Positions 1 through 12,757 of a DNA stretch of 64,000 bases are shown one piece after another. The notes below the pieces were generated by a model. That model had not been told where the DNA came from. It saw only the letters and a program-made list of their open reading frames with translations, and searched no databases. The stretch's first letter is position 1. Each line of letters starts with the position of its first letter. The position numbers and the translations under genes are program-made. The stretch comes from Psammoneis japonica (Eukaryota): NCBI GenBank assembly GCA_008632985.1, contig QPGO01000166.1, forward strand, positions 1 through 64,000, given 5' to 3'.

Positions 1-1236
1 CGATGCAACCAATGAGAGGGTGCAGCGTCGTAAACGGATATGGTGCAATTGCTGGTGTTGCGCGAGACATGGCGGCAAGAAGGGAAGATTTCCCTGCATT
101 TGGAAAGCCTACAAGGCCGATATCCGCAATCAGTTTTAACTCAAGCTCTAGGAATGACACTTCACCTTCACCGGGTCTGGCGCGGCTGATGAGTTCTTCG
201 GCAGATGGAAAAGGACCTGACCGACTGGCAAATATGCAATTTCCTCTTCCACCTTTTCCACCCCTTGCTACCAACACGTGTGCCCCTGGTGTATCCAAGT
301 CGGCAAGAACAATTTTCTGTCTCCCAGCGGTTGCTTCAATATCTTCGCTTTCTGGTAGCCCGTCGTCTTCTTCTCCGATAACAGTTTTCTGTTTCCCAGC
401 GGTTGCTTCAATCTCTTCGCGTTCTGGTATCCCATCGTCTTCTCCGTATTCGACCTCTTCTTCTTTGTCGTGGAAATTAGAGGATAATGCGTATGCTGTT
501 CGGTCTCCGTATCAACGTCTTTCAGATACTGTGAGTTCATTTCGTTTTCGCTCCAGCTATGGTCTATCGGTATGTTGGACGGGTCGTGATTGTCATCGTC
601 TTCAGAATCTTCTGACACCCGAACTAAAATGTGATTGACAGGGTCCCAGACCTCATCACAATCCAAAACTCTTCGAACGACTACGCCACACGGCACACGC
701 AGAATTCGATGCTGTCCGTTCCGCCCGTGTTTCTGCTGACTCGACCCGTGCAAACCAGATTCAGCTGTCACATGTGGGTGCGTCCACCGCAACGTCTGCT
801 CATTAGGATCCGCAACAATAATCACATCACCACCACGTCCACCGTGTCCGCCATCAGGGCGTCTTCTATGCTTCCTTCCCAGCTGATTCATTGATAAGGA
901 TCCCTTGCCGCCTGACCCGCCGGCGACCTTGACGCGAGTACGGTCCACAAATCTGTAGCTCGATCTTCCGCTGGGACGCCGCTTATTCTTGTGTGACTGG
1001 CGAGAAGTTTTGTTTTGGCTTCGAGAACTTTTGACGGGGATGTGCAGGCTTCGACAAGATCCACCACGAGCAATCGGGAGCGCCCTCGGATTTCGTTCAA
1101 CTCGCTGGCACCGGTCGCACGACGTAAGCCCGACAAAATTCGATGAATGCTTTTGCGCCACCCAAACGACGGAACTGACATTGCGATTCTGCAAATTTAG
1201 ACATCGTGTGGCTGATAACCGACAAGCCATTTCCAT
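1..1236 (-). CDS. obg: Obg-family GTPase (organellar), 3' end runs off the window; apparent 1-nt frameshift near 490-510
   Basis: Gly-rich Obg fold [17 protein letters not shown]...[12 protein letters not shown]...LRVPCGVVV in ORF 268..1239. A shifted frame continues with GGKGGRGN...[23 protein letters not shown]...[10 protein letters not shown] (G1/G2 motifs). Confidence 0.9.
314..450. repeat. Two-copy 72-bp (24-codon) tandem duplication inside the Obg acidic insertion
   Basis: tttctgtYtcccagcggttgcttcaat... at 314 and 386; encodes EDDGxPExExIEATAGxQK twice. Confidence 0.85.
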
Positions 1237-1542
1237 CAATAATCAATAGTCTTTACCCACTCCTTTTCCATATAGTTGTTTATTGGTGCAAGCTGCATTC
1301 CTTCAGTCACCGGTCTCAAGGTGGAACGAAGGGGAAAGGGGGCGGGTGTACTGTAATTTGAAATTGGGTAATGAGTTCATATGAGGGACCTACTCTCTAC
1401 TCTAGAGCTAGAGAGCATGAAAGTAGCTACTACAGGTTGTTCACTTTGCTACTACCAAATCTCAAATCTAGGCCCTAATACCCACTCAACCCTGTATGGG
1501 GAGCTACACTGCAAGAGAAACTATCGCTGTAGCTAGCTAGCG

Positions 1543-2390
1543 CTAAGCAGCAACACTAACCATAGCTGCGCGAATGAGTTTATCGTCAAGGATGTAGCCC
1601 TTTGCTAGTTCCTCGCAGACAATGCCTTCCTCGTAATCTTCGGATGGTCTTTGCATCACGGCCTGATGAACTTCGTAATCAAACTCTACTCCCACTGTCT
1701 CGACTTCTTTAACGCCGAGCGATTCAAAAGTGTCAAGGATCATTTTGTATGTATTCTTATAAGATGCCTCAATTTCCTTCTCGGCATCTGATTCAGCAGT
1801 GACAGCTCCAAAAGCACGATCATAATTGTCTAATAACTCAAGAAACTTTCGGGCTACAAGAATGGTGGCATCTGTGTCACCTGTTTTGCTCTTTTCTTTC
1901 ATCCGATTCGACATGTTTTCGTACTAACAAATATCGAAAAGCAATGGCTTGAGAAAAGAATCTTTTCACGCAGAAGAGAGCCATCACATAGCTTACAGCA
2001 TAAGACAATCAAACGCACCTCTTTTTCAAGAGCCAGTAATTGCGGCGCCCATTCAGCCTCTCCTTCCGCCACCCGCTCATTAGCCTCTTTCAGCTCTCCT
2101 TCTGCTTCAGCAATGTCAGACTTTAACACATCCACTTTGCGTTTCAGAAATGCAGGGGAATTCAAAATATCACTATGGTTCTCATCGGGAAGCTGCTTCT
2201 TTTCGCTATCCTCCTCCTTCTCAGCAGTACTCTCCTCGGCCTCGTCGGCAAAGAGACACGTGGAGGTGCGAAGATGCTGCTGAACGCAAATGCCGCGACC
2301 TACAAAAGACGGCCTTCCAGTTGAAAAGCCTTCAACGGAGACTCCCAGGAAGACAATTGAAACTGCTAGGACCAGATCGTGAATGATCAT
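1543..2390 (-). CDS. grpE: GrpE nucleotide exchange factor, probably plastid-targeted; intron 1924-2018
   Basis: FLELLDNYDRA, GVEFDYEVHQAV, EELAKGYILDDKLIRAAMVSV. Signal peptide ending VEG-F followed by a transit-like segment. The GT..AG intron keeps the frame. Confidence 0.92.
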
Positions 2391-2774
2391 GGTGGAAAGG
2401 ACACACCAATCGGATGATTTCTGATGGAATAGAGGAATGGATGGCAAATGGCAAAACCGACAACGACTTCGAAGATTTTCGATCAATCCGACGACAGACG
2501 ATGATTCAATGATGATGTTCAGAAACAGGGAGGATATTTCTGCAAGATTCCTAATTCTGGTTACGGATTACGACTCTAACTACTTGTTTCCACGAAAGGT
2601 GCGGAATCTGGATTGAGAGAAATAGCTTGCTTTCATATCTTACGTCACCGGACGAGGGGCGCGGACGAGGGACGAGCCAAGGATCAAATTACCTGCCCAT
2701 TCCTGATGTAGACTAGGTTTGTACCTCAAGCCGACCAATACCGAGACTGCTGATCCGATAGACACCACAACGGC

Positions 2775-3787
2775 TCAGAAAGGAATAGCTTTTCCGGCCC
2801 AGTCATACAAACCTCCAGAGTGATGCTCTTCCATTGCGTCAAGTACATCAAGAAGTTTTTCAACAGTGAAAGTCACAGGAAACAGTCGTCCCTCTGAACG
2901 TTTCGTTGAAACGGTTTGCTCAAATCGGTATCCGTTGTACCTGGATGCAGAGCAATTACCCATGTACCTTGTCTTTTCAATTCGTGCGACATTGTTCGTG
3001 TTGCCTGATTCAGAGCCGCCTTTGAAACACGATAGGAATACCAGCCGCCAAGCTCATTATCTGACACCGAACCGACACGCGCACTTAGATTCGCAACAAT
3101 CGATTCTGGTCGTTCGACGACTGATTCTTTGGATCTTCTTCTTACTTTGGTTTTCATCAAAGGTGCGAGCTCCTTACAGAGCATCATTGGTCCAATTACG
3201 TTGACTGACATAGTTTTTTCGAGCCAATCTCGTTCTATGCGAGAAATACTTCTTTCGGGCCCTGGAGTTGTCTCTGCATCTCCAAGGATCCCTGCCACAT
3301 TCAAAAGAATATCTATTCGGTCGACCATATTTTTGATTGATTCTGACGCCTCTTCGATCGATGACTGGTCTTCAACATCTAGTTTTACCGTTCGAACTCG
3401 ACTAGTAGACTCGGCAACTTCCTTTAGCTCGATTGCAGAATCTGGTGAGCGACAACATGCCACGATGGTTCCCTTGGTCCTGTCAACAAGACTCTTAACC
3501 ATCTGAAGACCAATTCCCCTCGAAGCTCCAGTAACCACAAAAACAGCTTCTTCGTCATTATTTCGGACGAAAGATTTTGAAGATGATTCATTGACATTAT
3601 CAAAAAAATTAATGTCGGAAAACACTGCTATTCCTTTTGAGGTGGGTGGTTCTGGCGGGGTAAAGGACGCCTCGGTAGAGGCAAACAACACCGGCGATGT
3701 TGATATGGTGCGGCAAGATAAACTTCCGAAACCATAGCATGTCGGAACTTTCGCTTTCTGTCGACAGTTCTTCAAGGCGAAAGCCAT
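2775..3787 (-). CDS. Short-chain dehydrogenase/reductase (C-factor/CsgA-like); apparent 1-nt frameshift near 2897
   Basis: VTGASRGIG, NLSARVGS, YSYRVSKAALNQ, LHPGTTDTDLSKPF. The C-terminus (EGRLF...GGLYDWAGKAIPF) is in the adjacent frame. Confidence 0.88.
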
Positions 3788-4328
3788 GCATGTCTTTCTC
3801 GTGAAGCCAACGACCAATTTCATCTGTGATCTGTGCTATCGAACGGTACCTGTATGGCAAACAATCTAGGGTCTTACGCCTGAATTGTGCTACTGATCGC
3901 GGCTACCCATACATAGATGTTACAACGACAACATGATACGCTGACTCCAGTGGGGCGACATGGTCGCCATTACGCTGAGTGCGTCAGTGAGTGAATCATC
4001 ATTCGCGCCGCGATACTAGCTAGTCTCTAGTATGCGAATGTCGGAGGGAGATTTGGGATTTCAAATTTGGACCTCCTGGCACGGGTGACGATCAGACAGG
4101 CTCACACAAAACGCAACGAGCGAACAAGCAACACACAAACGAAAAACGAACCAAAACAACAAACAACCTCATCAAACACCGAAACGAAGCAGCGAAGGAT
4201 TATAGGAACAGGCCAAAGAGTAGGCAGAGCACCGAAAGGCAACGGGGTAGCACCGGAATTTCGTCGGATCGAAGAGTTAGTGGAAAAGCCAGCGTTAGTG
4301 AGTGCCTCAGTTCTGTCGCCATTTCGTC

Positions 4329-6673
4329 ATGCCATACCCGGTGGAAGTTGCCACGAACAAGCATGATCTTGTGGGTCCCAGTCGCGCTCCTGATGGTGGG
4401 CCTGCCTCGGATGAAAAACTCGCTCCGGTGTTAACATCTCTAGACACTCTCTTTGAAGAGCTTGAGAGAGGCGGACACGCTCCTGGCTCGAAAATTGCCG
4501 CCGTATATACATATGCCGACGGTCCGAGAGTACCCGGACCTCTGAGCCGTGCGCTTTTCATCATTGGATTCGCTCAATCGTCGATGAGGTAACAGCTTTT
4601 TGGGCTTGCTGTTTGATCTGTTTCACCTGAATGTTCACAAAAGGGTGACGACTGTTTTTTTTTTCCGATCTCTCTAGGGTTGTAACGGATCTTAGAAACG
4701 GTGAAGGCGAACTTTCGTCCCAACTACACAAGTGTACGGTGGCTGTGAAACTTGCTGACAATGCGCATGTGTCACGACTGGCAGATCGAGATGTAAGCAA
4801 TTCCATGAAGTTTGCTGAATTGATGCGGCAGATGAGAAAGGAGGACGAGGTGGCTATCATTGGATGCGACAAACATGGGCGATTTGGGATATTGTGTCCG
4901 ATGGAGCATCAAGAACCTACCACTGACGAGTATGCTGCCGAAGATTTTGCTGCTGACTGCTATGTTGGAAATTTGAAAGAGACAAAGGAATATCTCGCTA
5001 ACGAGACTAATTCAAACGCAGCTTCAACGGAGGAATCAAGCAATCTGTGGCAGCCTCCCGGAACAAACGTGGAAGACGAAGCTGGTTTTGGGGTGCAGGA
5101 TTCTGCTACTAGCGGTCTGTGGCAACCTCCGGGGACTGATGAGTCAGCAGAGTCTAGTGCGTTCGGTTCTGAGGGGGTTGGTACAAGCATGTGGCAACCC
5201 CCGTCGCAAGAACCAACTGCGGGAGAGAAACGAATGAGGTCGAGCTCCGCCGATGAAGGAGTCGCAAACGAGGACTTCCACACCGACTCAGGAGCTGCAG
5301 CAGCAGATCGATTCTACTCTGGCCTTACGAGGGATCTTGGAACTCGAGCTGACTCACGCCTTTATCACATGCGTTCCTTTAACGGATGGGTAAAAGCCAC
5401 GCAAATACAGGAGCTGAGACCAAAAACTCAGCAATCGGGCAAACAAAGACCAGGACCACTTCGGGTTCTAGATTTGGCCTGTGGAAAAGGTGGCGATTTA
5501 GGTAAATGGGTCTTACATATTAGAGGAGTGGAAAACTACGTCGGAGTGGATGTCGCCCGTGGTTCGCTCCGCGATGCGGCAATTCGGGTACGACGAATGC
5601 GGAATAAGTTGAAGCGCTGTACCTTCACTTGCGCGGATCTAGGTTCTGATGTGCCGGGAAGACCAAGGTCGGCCCGTCACAAGACGTTACAGAAACTTCT
5701 GTCTTGGTCTCTTCAATCAGAGCCAGAGTTTGAAACTCGTGATCCGGAGTTCAGCATGGTCGCGGGTGGTGGCATTTCTCTCGACGACAAATTTGACGTG
5801 GTTTCGATTCAGTTCGCAATCCATTATATGATGTCTACTCGTACTCGTGCTCGGCGATTCTTCCAGACTGTCAGCCAACTCCTTGAAATCGGTGGGAATC
5901 TTATCGCAACGACGATTGATGCTAGGGTAGTTTTGGAACATTTGATGAACTTGAATTTGGATTTACATTTTCACGAAAGAAACGACGAAGTAGGGAATGA
6001 CGGTGCTGAAGAAGGAGCAACAATCAAAGTCGGCAATGGCGCCTGTCGAATTCACTTCGAGAGAGAGATTGTTCGAAGAATATTCCAATCTTGTAATGAT
6101 GACGACGCTGGCGCGCCGTTCGGCTTGCAGTACACGTTTACACTCGTCGAAGGCTCGGATCATGCTGCTGGGGTCGGTGATGCTGTTAATTTGCCAGAAT
6201 GGCTCACTCCGATTCCAGTGCTTACATCCCTTGCAGCCGAGGCCGGATTGGAACTGGAGTATGCTCAAAACTTTCACGAGTTCTATTCAGCTAGGTGTGA
6301 CTCATCCTCACACCCGGAAGCGCACTCTGCCTTGTATAATATGAAGGTATTGGACAGACATGGCTCAATCTCGAAGGAAGAATGGGAAGTGAGCAGACTG
6401 TACGCTGCATTAAAGTTCCGCAAAGTTCGTGAATCTACAATTACTCTTGACGCCGAAAGCGAGGAAGAAGAGACTCAGCAGGAAGAAAAAGGAGAGTCGG
6501 ATGCAACGGAAGCTACGCGTGTATCGCACGATTCAGCCATTGCGAAGAAAATGTTTCCGGTCGCGATGATGAAGGCTAAGAAAGATGTGGGAGAAGCTCT
6601 GTGGCAATCCCTGTCGAGCGAGGAAAAGAACCATCTGACACAGCAGAAACTGGACGAGCTGTTGCAATCATAA
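4329..6673 (+). CDS. RNMT: mRNA cap guanine-N7 methyltransferase with N-terminal extension; intron 4589-4677
   Basis: MRSFNGWVKA, VLDLACGKGGDLGKW, FDVVSIQFAIHY, FGLQYTFTL, AVNLPEWL, EWEVSRLY. The intron joins exon 1 in frame (SMR/VVTDL). Confidence 0.92.
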
Positions 6674-6932
6674 TACACTATGCCCAGGATGTGATTTGTG
6701 TTTGATACTGCGTCCGCAACAAGCCTCACAAAAACCGTTCTTTTGATGGATGGCGTAAGGGAGTCTAGTAAACTACCTCGGCGTCGTTTTCTGGAATGCA
6801 CTGTATGACAGAGACAATCTGGTTCAATGATCGAAGATGTAACGTATCGCTTTTGCTTTCAAATATGTGTCGTAGGAGCAGACTAAAATAATAGAATACA
6901 CATTTCAAAGCATGTTGGGGAAGGACAAAATT

Positions 6933-7005
6933 TACGGCCAGCAAGATTTGAACTCGCGACCTTTCGCATCGGAAACGAATGCGCTGCCAGCTGCGCCATG
7001 GCCGC
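6933..7005 (-). tRNA. tRNA-Arg(CCG)
   Basis: Reverse complement folds as a cloverleaf: GCGGCCA/TGGCCGT acceptor stem, GCGC D-stem, TTCGT-TT CCG AT-GCGAA anticodon arm, GCGAG-TTCAAAT-CTTGC T-arm. TTTT Pol III terminator follows. Confidence 0.92.
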
Positions 7006-7469
7006 TTGTCTGTTTGGCAGACTACTGATTGAAGCGCGATAAGTGGTATTTATACTCTGAAATCACAAAATTGCTCAACCAGACAGGACCAAGCCAAAAC
7101 TAAACATTGGCACTAACAGTACAGTACAGTGTCCACTCGAGTCGGATAATGCTGAGGTAACCCCTTACGCAATCGATTGCAATTCTCTATGTAGTCCGGC
7201 CACAGGTTTTCCTGACAATCTGTTCGCGCTTATTCTGGACCGCATGGCAGTTCTGTCTCTGGCGTTGAACGTTGTTTTTCTTGCTGCTGGCAGTGTCACA
7301 GCGCAGGAAATACAGCACTGTAGTACATAGCAGCAATCACTTGACAGCTTTCTACACACTTGCTTTTACTTAAGTAACAAAAAATTCGATACCAGCTTAA
7401 TGGAGGAAACAAAAGAAAAGTGCTGTATGGAAGAACCAAGCTATTTCATTACATAAGATCACAGTATGA

Positions 7470-8048
7470 TTAGATCTTGAAACCACGAGAAGACCGACGT
7501 CCACGAGCTCTCTCGAACTTGCGTCCCTTGGAGCGAACATAAGGCTTGACTCCATCATGGGTGTGGGGGTTAGCAACCGAGGTGCTGTGTCCAAAGTGAG
7601 CAAGGGCCTGGCGACTTCTGGGTCCGCGAAGAAGAACAGTGTTTGTTCCTTTAGGGGCGCGAAGGGCGAGCTGATCAAAGGTGAGGCACTCCCCGCCGGC
7701 CGCAAGAATACGCTTCCGGGCATTCTCCGTGAAAGCAAGAGCACAGACCGACATCTTTGGGCATTCCATCATGCGCACGTCATCGGTGACTTTGCCGACA
7801 ATCACAGCAGTCTTTCCCTCCTTGTTGGTCATGTACTTGGCCAAACGATGGAGACCGATCGGTGGTTGGTTGACCTTGCTCATGTGGAGTCGCTTAAGAA
7901 CAGTTTCGCAAAACTTGGAGTCCGTTCGGCGTGAGAGGAACTTATACAGCTTGATCAAGAGCTTGTTGTAGGGGTTCTCAGTCTTGACCAATTTGGTTGA
8001 CCTTTTGTGCCCAACGCGGCGGCCTCCGGCTTTCAGATCGATACCCAT
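7470..8048 (-). CDS. RPL18: 60S ribosomal protein L18 (eL18)
   Basis: MGIDL...[16 protein letters not shown]...[12 protein letters not shown]...[24 protein letters not shown]. Confidence 0.97.
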   Translation of the reverse strand: MGIDLKAGGRRVGHKRSTKLVKTENPYNKLLIKLYKFLSRRTDSKFCETVLKRLHMSKVNQPPIGLHRLAKYMTNKEGKTAVIVGKVTDDVRMMECPKMSVCALAFTENARKRILAAGGECLTFDQLALRAPKGTNTVLLRGPRSRQALAHFGHSTSVANPHTHDGVKPYVRSKGRKFERARGRRSSRGFKI

Positions 8049-8555
8049 GATTCAGTATGTAAGTGAACCTAATAGTCGCAACAGAAAAATAGATTGTAAG
8101 AGGAGATCAGTACAAATTCTTGATTTGACACTATTTGCGTGTGAAAGAGGTGAAAATCTGTCTGTCTGCCGGCGCCACCATGAGAGATCATCGTCGCAAA
8201 CAGGGCAAGGACTACGTCTTCTTCCATTCGTTCAACACCAAGATCAGATGACATGTTAATACAAACATAGGTTGCAAGAAGGACGAAAGGGTTCAATCGC
8301 TTTCATTCAGCGCAGCGTTACATGTACATGCTCATCGTACCTTACCGTCAATTGTCTTCACTTACTCTCCCAGCATGTTGGCCGATCCGCGCCGCCAGGT
8401 GATCTCACGTAGAAAATGTACTGACACTGTACTTGAGTGAGAAGTAAGCGGTACACGGTAAAAATGAATCTGACGTACGACGTACATACAGTACCCACCA
8501 TGCGACGTCAAAATCCCAAAAAAGCGACAGTTCCAAGACCGACCAACGACCAACC

Positions 8556-9447
8556 ATGATGACACTACTACATCGGCGTTGATCTATGTGGCATGCATCC
8601 ATCAAGCAACCTCTTTGGGAGTCGTGACACGAAAAGACATTCGATTGCGATATGTTTCGTCGTTTTCGAGCAATACCAGATGCAGAATCTGGAGACCAAA
8701 CTGTGGAATCATCAGAACAACATCGCGGTTTGCCGCCAACGACGAAAATGATTCTAAAGAAAACGATGACTTAAACACAGAAAACGTCAAAGAGGATGTG
8801 AAGGTTTCGAGAGAGCTGAGGTGCTTGGATATCGTTCAGCGCTGATTGCTACTTCGTTGGGGTTTGGAGTCGCATCCGCAGCGTCAATGTTGTCATCTGG
8901 TACCGGACTGGCTCCCGAAACAGTTGAAACACTTCAAAAGTATTCAAGCATTGCGATTGGTTGGGGATCATGCTTTACAGCACTGTTGGCTCCACCATAT
9001 CATGATGCGGCCACCGACTCTAAAAATGATGATTCGTTGAACGCGTTCCTCCTTTTTCTGAATGAGGCACTACCTACTCTTGGCGCTTTTGCTATTGTCG
9101 TTGAACTTGTAAATGCCATTCAGTGGAATATCTCCACAGAGCACATTCCGCTCACATTGTTCTCTCTTGCTCCCTCGGAAAATCTAGAAAAAGCTGCTGG
9201 ATTGTTTATGGCAGCAATATCTTTGCGAGAAATTCTGTTTTACGGCGTTGCCTACAAGGTTGAAGCCGTATTCGCTATCGCCTTTATCCTTATCCAGCCT
9301 TTGAATCTAGGGATATCACCACATCTATCTTCTACTGGACTGGCATTGTCACTTTTGATTCTCTCGTTTGGTAAGGTTTTCGAGCCTGTACGTTCCGATT
9401 TGAATCCAGACCAAAGTGCTTTCTTCCTGAACGGGCAACAGAGATGA
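8556..9447 (+). CDS. Integral membrane protein, DUF2301-like, probably plastid-targeted; apparent frameshift near 8815, start uncertain
   Basis: Multiple hydrophobic segments. The C-terminus KVFEPVRSDLNPDQSAF resembles the DUF2301 tail as I recall it. A transit-like N-terminus lies in an overlapping frame (ORF 8579..8845). Confidence 0.5.
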
Positions 9448-9700
9448 ATTTTAGTAGAGAACTTTCACAATGATGACTACAAGGCGAAAGTGGGGAGCCT
9501 TGGCAAATTGGGTAGGCAGAAGGCGTGATCCAACGGTTCTTACGGGGCGACTTCTTCGTTTCTGGCTACATCTAAGACATGTATTGGGAACGCGATGCCG
9601 TGCGCTTTGACGGCTACCGTCACTTGTTCTACTTCAGTAAAACATGAGAGATGGACGCACAATAGACAGTTTCTTAGGTATTATCTTCCTACACACGTAT

Positions 9701-10882
9701 TCAGTCTAGAAATTTGGTCTGGCTCACAAACCACATGGTGGCAAACTGAGACGCTGCAAAAGCACACACCATCACCTCGCGCTTCGGTCCGGTCGCCGAC
9801 GTGACAATTGGGATGTTGTTGGCCATTGTTTTCAGCATGAAGAATGACGCTGCTGATGCTGTCCATGCAAAGGTAATGTAGAAACCTCGGTGTCCGTAGC
9901 CAAGGTGGCCCAGGGCTATGCCCACCAGCATGTTGATACACAGTCCCAAGTACTTGTATCCGGTGTAACTAAACAAATCAAGAAAGGCAACCGGAGCTTG
10001 CATAACATACATTCCAAAGCGAATACCAAGAACTTCAACCACTTGAGTGATGAAACACTTTGAAGTGACATCCGGCAAAACCTCAGGGTTGAACTCGCCT
10101 GCCGTTCCATAGCACAAAGCACAGAGAAGAACGTACGTAATCAACGACATGCAGGGAATGTATAGGTCTGGAGCATTCTCATCTGAGTTGGGAAGCGCGT
10201 ATTCAACCTTGTCAAAGTCTGGACCAGTGGATTCCACTTGCTGTAAAAAGATAAAAGGAACGTAAGAGAGCCGCGGTACCGCGAAACAATCCGTGATGAG
10301 AAATCGTTGCAAAAAGCGGCATGGCTCGAAACAGAGCAAAGATCATTACATAGAACCTACCGTCCGCCTCCAATTCTTGGAGAGAAAAGGAAAGAGGACC
10401 TTTTGCATTTTCCGCTTTACGTATCTATTGTCGACGGCAAAGTACAGCCGCAGCATCCCCATGGCGCTCTCGAGTCCCGGAACCATGCGAGCCGACGACG
10501 ACTTCCAAATGTTCTGGCCCATACGAAGCATAGCATCCTCACTTAGACCTCCTCCTGCAGCAACGGATCCAGCCATTGACATCATGGTAGCAGCAGCGTT
10601 TGGATTAAACAAGTTCGGTTGGGGTGCTTGTTGCTGCTGCTGATTCGTGGCGGTCGCTCCCATACCGGGCTGCGTTGACTGCGGCTGCTGTCCCTGCCAC
10701 TGTTGCGTGGGCTGCGAACCATAACCGACAAAGGACGACTGATTATCCTGATATTGTTGGGATTCCTGCTGCTGTTGCTGCGGTGCTTGACCGTAGCCGT
10801 TGCCACCGTAAAAGCTTCCGGTATCATTGCCACCGCTCTGCTGCTGCTGACTCGGATAGCCAGAGCTGTAGTAATTCGACAT
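9701..10882 (-). CDS. YIF1: YIF1 ER-Golgi trafficking protein; intron 10241-10360
   Basis: YFAVDNRYVKRKMQKVLFPF, DENAPDLYIPCMSLITYVL, LDLFSYTGYKY; Gln-rich N-terminus. Confidence 0.92.
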
Positions 10883-11142
10883 GGCGCTATTCTTTTCTCT
10901 ACTCAGACACGAGTCGCTAACAATATGAATCAGCCTCGACTTGTGCTAATGTCAGAGCACCTATATCTAGCCGTTTGATCTGCGTTTGTTTCGACTTTCG
11001 ACTTCACAATGCGCCGCTCCACCATCGCAAAATGACTTTGCGAACTTGCGTGCTTCCTTCCGACTTTTGCTTTGGCTTCTGTCCATCGTCCGTGACGGCG
11101 GCGCGGCGGCACACCAACAATTCGTTCTCAAAAACAACAACA

Positions 11143-12681
11143 ATGGCGACAGACGACGGCTTAGACAGCACAAATCAAGAGAGTACAAATTGTAGTGAAG
11201 CTGAGATCTCTTTAGATATTAGTTCGTCCAGCGATGAAAATGAAACTGACGGAGAAATCATGAATGACACGCACCTGCATGGTTCGTCCATTGGAGGTGC
11301 TGTTTTCAATTTCACCAACTGCATTGTTGGTGCAGGAGCAATCGGGTTGGGAGGAGCAATTGCAATGTCGGGAGGGATCGTATCCATTGCGGCCATTTTG
11401 TTCTTTGCACTCTTGACGAAATTGTCTCTTGACATGGTGGTTCAACTCTCTGTGCAAACAGAAGGCGCGCACAATTCTTATGAAGACCTTGGATATGTTG
11501 CCTTTGGCTCATTGGGGAGGGCAGCTGTTATGGTTTCAAAGGCACTCTATTCATTTGGATGTCTTGTTGCTTATATTGTTGTAGTCAAAGACAATTTCGC
11601 TTCAGCGCTTCGACACTTGCTTTATGGAGACATGACGCATCATTCACCCAGCAGGTTTCAACAAGTTCTTCTGAACGACAGACTTGTTGCGTTCTTCTTG
11701 AGTGCGACGGTAATTTTACCTCTTTGTTTAATGAGAGATATGACTCCGTTGTCCAAAGTCTCGGCAGTCAGTGTTTTCTCTATGGTTGCAATCGTGGCCA
11801 TTGTTATTTATCTATTTTTCTCGAATCCTGACGGCTCAATACGAGAACACGGTGGGACACCTTATGAGAATTGGTTCGAAATACGAGCGGGGATATTGGA
11901 AAGTTTGGGGACTTTTGTTTTTACCTTTGTATCTCAGCACACTGTACATTTAGCTTACGAATCGCTGAGAGACGACATTCGCTGCGTGAAGACTTGGAGA
12001 CGGGTTTCGACACTTTCCATCGTGATATCAACTTCGGTCTCGCTTTCAGTTGGACTTTTCGTATACGCGACCTTTTGGGAAACAACGCAAAGTGATTTGT
12101 TCAACATGTATCCTTCATTGGCATTGATTGATATCGCCAAGATCCTACTATGCGTGACAATGCTTCTGACGTTCCCGCTGCCGTTCTTCACGGCAAGAGA
12201 AATGATTGTTTTGGCAATATCATATATGCACCGCAGTAGCAGCGACCTTGACTTTTCTAATCCAGACCTGCAAGAACCTTTATTGCCAGAAGGAGGTGAT
12301 GCTCATGAAGAAACAGAGTCGACGGACCACATCCCTGGTGATTCGGAATTGGTAATTAGCCACAACAGCGAGCGGTGGTGGTTACTTCCTGGAGAGGAGA
12401 AGCAGCTTCGCCAAACTTATCATATCGCTCTCACGGTGATACTTTGGAGTCTTACCACGTGTCTCGCAATAGTTGCTCCGTCGCTTGGTGATGTCTTGGA
12501 TTTGGTTGGGTGTGCAACTGGAACCGTCATCGCGTTTATTCTTCCAGCTGCCTTTTCTTTCAAGCTATGCGGCTACTCCCACCTAGCATGTATAATTTTG
12601 GTGGTTGGGGGCGCCGTGGGATCTGTGGGCACTTTCTTCAGCACGAAAAAGATCTTGGCAGACACCCGGTTCATGCTATAG
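11143..12681 (+). CDS. Amino acid transporter (Aa_trans, SLC38/AVT-like)
   Basis: AVFNFTNCIVGAGAIGL, SYEDLG..AFG, multiple TM helices, LVGCATGTVIAFILPA. Confidence 0.9.
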   Translation: MATDDGLDSTNQESTNCSEAEISLDISSSSDENETDGEIMNDTHLHGSSIGGAVFNFTNCIVGAGAIGLGGAIAMSGGIVSIAAILFFALLTKLSLDMVVQLSVQTEGAHNSYEDLGYVAFGSLGRAAVMVSKALYSFGCLVAYIVVVKDNFASALRHLLYGDMTHHSPSRFQQVLLNDRLVAFFLSATVILPLCLMRDMTPLSKVSAVSVFSMVAIVAIVIYLFFSNPDGSIREHGGTPYENWFEIRAGILESLGTFVFTFVSQHTVHLAYESLRDDIRCVKTWRRVSTLSIVISTSVSLSVGLFVYATFWETTQSDLFNMYPSLALIDIAKILLCVTMLLTFPLPFFTAREMIVLAISYMHRSSSDLDFSNPDLQEPLLPEGGDAHEETESTDHIPGDSELVISHNSERWWLLPGEEKQLRQTYHIALTVILWSLTTCLAIVAPSLGDVLDLVGCATGTVIAFILPAAFSFKLCGYSHLACIILVVGGAVGSVGTFFSTKKILADTRFML

Positions 12682-12757
12682 GTTGAAGACCACGGACAAA
12701 TCTCCACGACCAAATTCTTTTCGGTGCGAAATATAAAGTGGCACAAATTCAGTAGAT

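Noticed and set aside
6933..7005. Link between tRNA-Arg or tcdA and the putative adenine-editing system
   Set aside because: The anticodon is CCG, not the ACG substrate of TadA/ADAT, and TcdA is a dehydratase, not a deaminase. Proximity is coincidental as far as the sequence shows.
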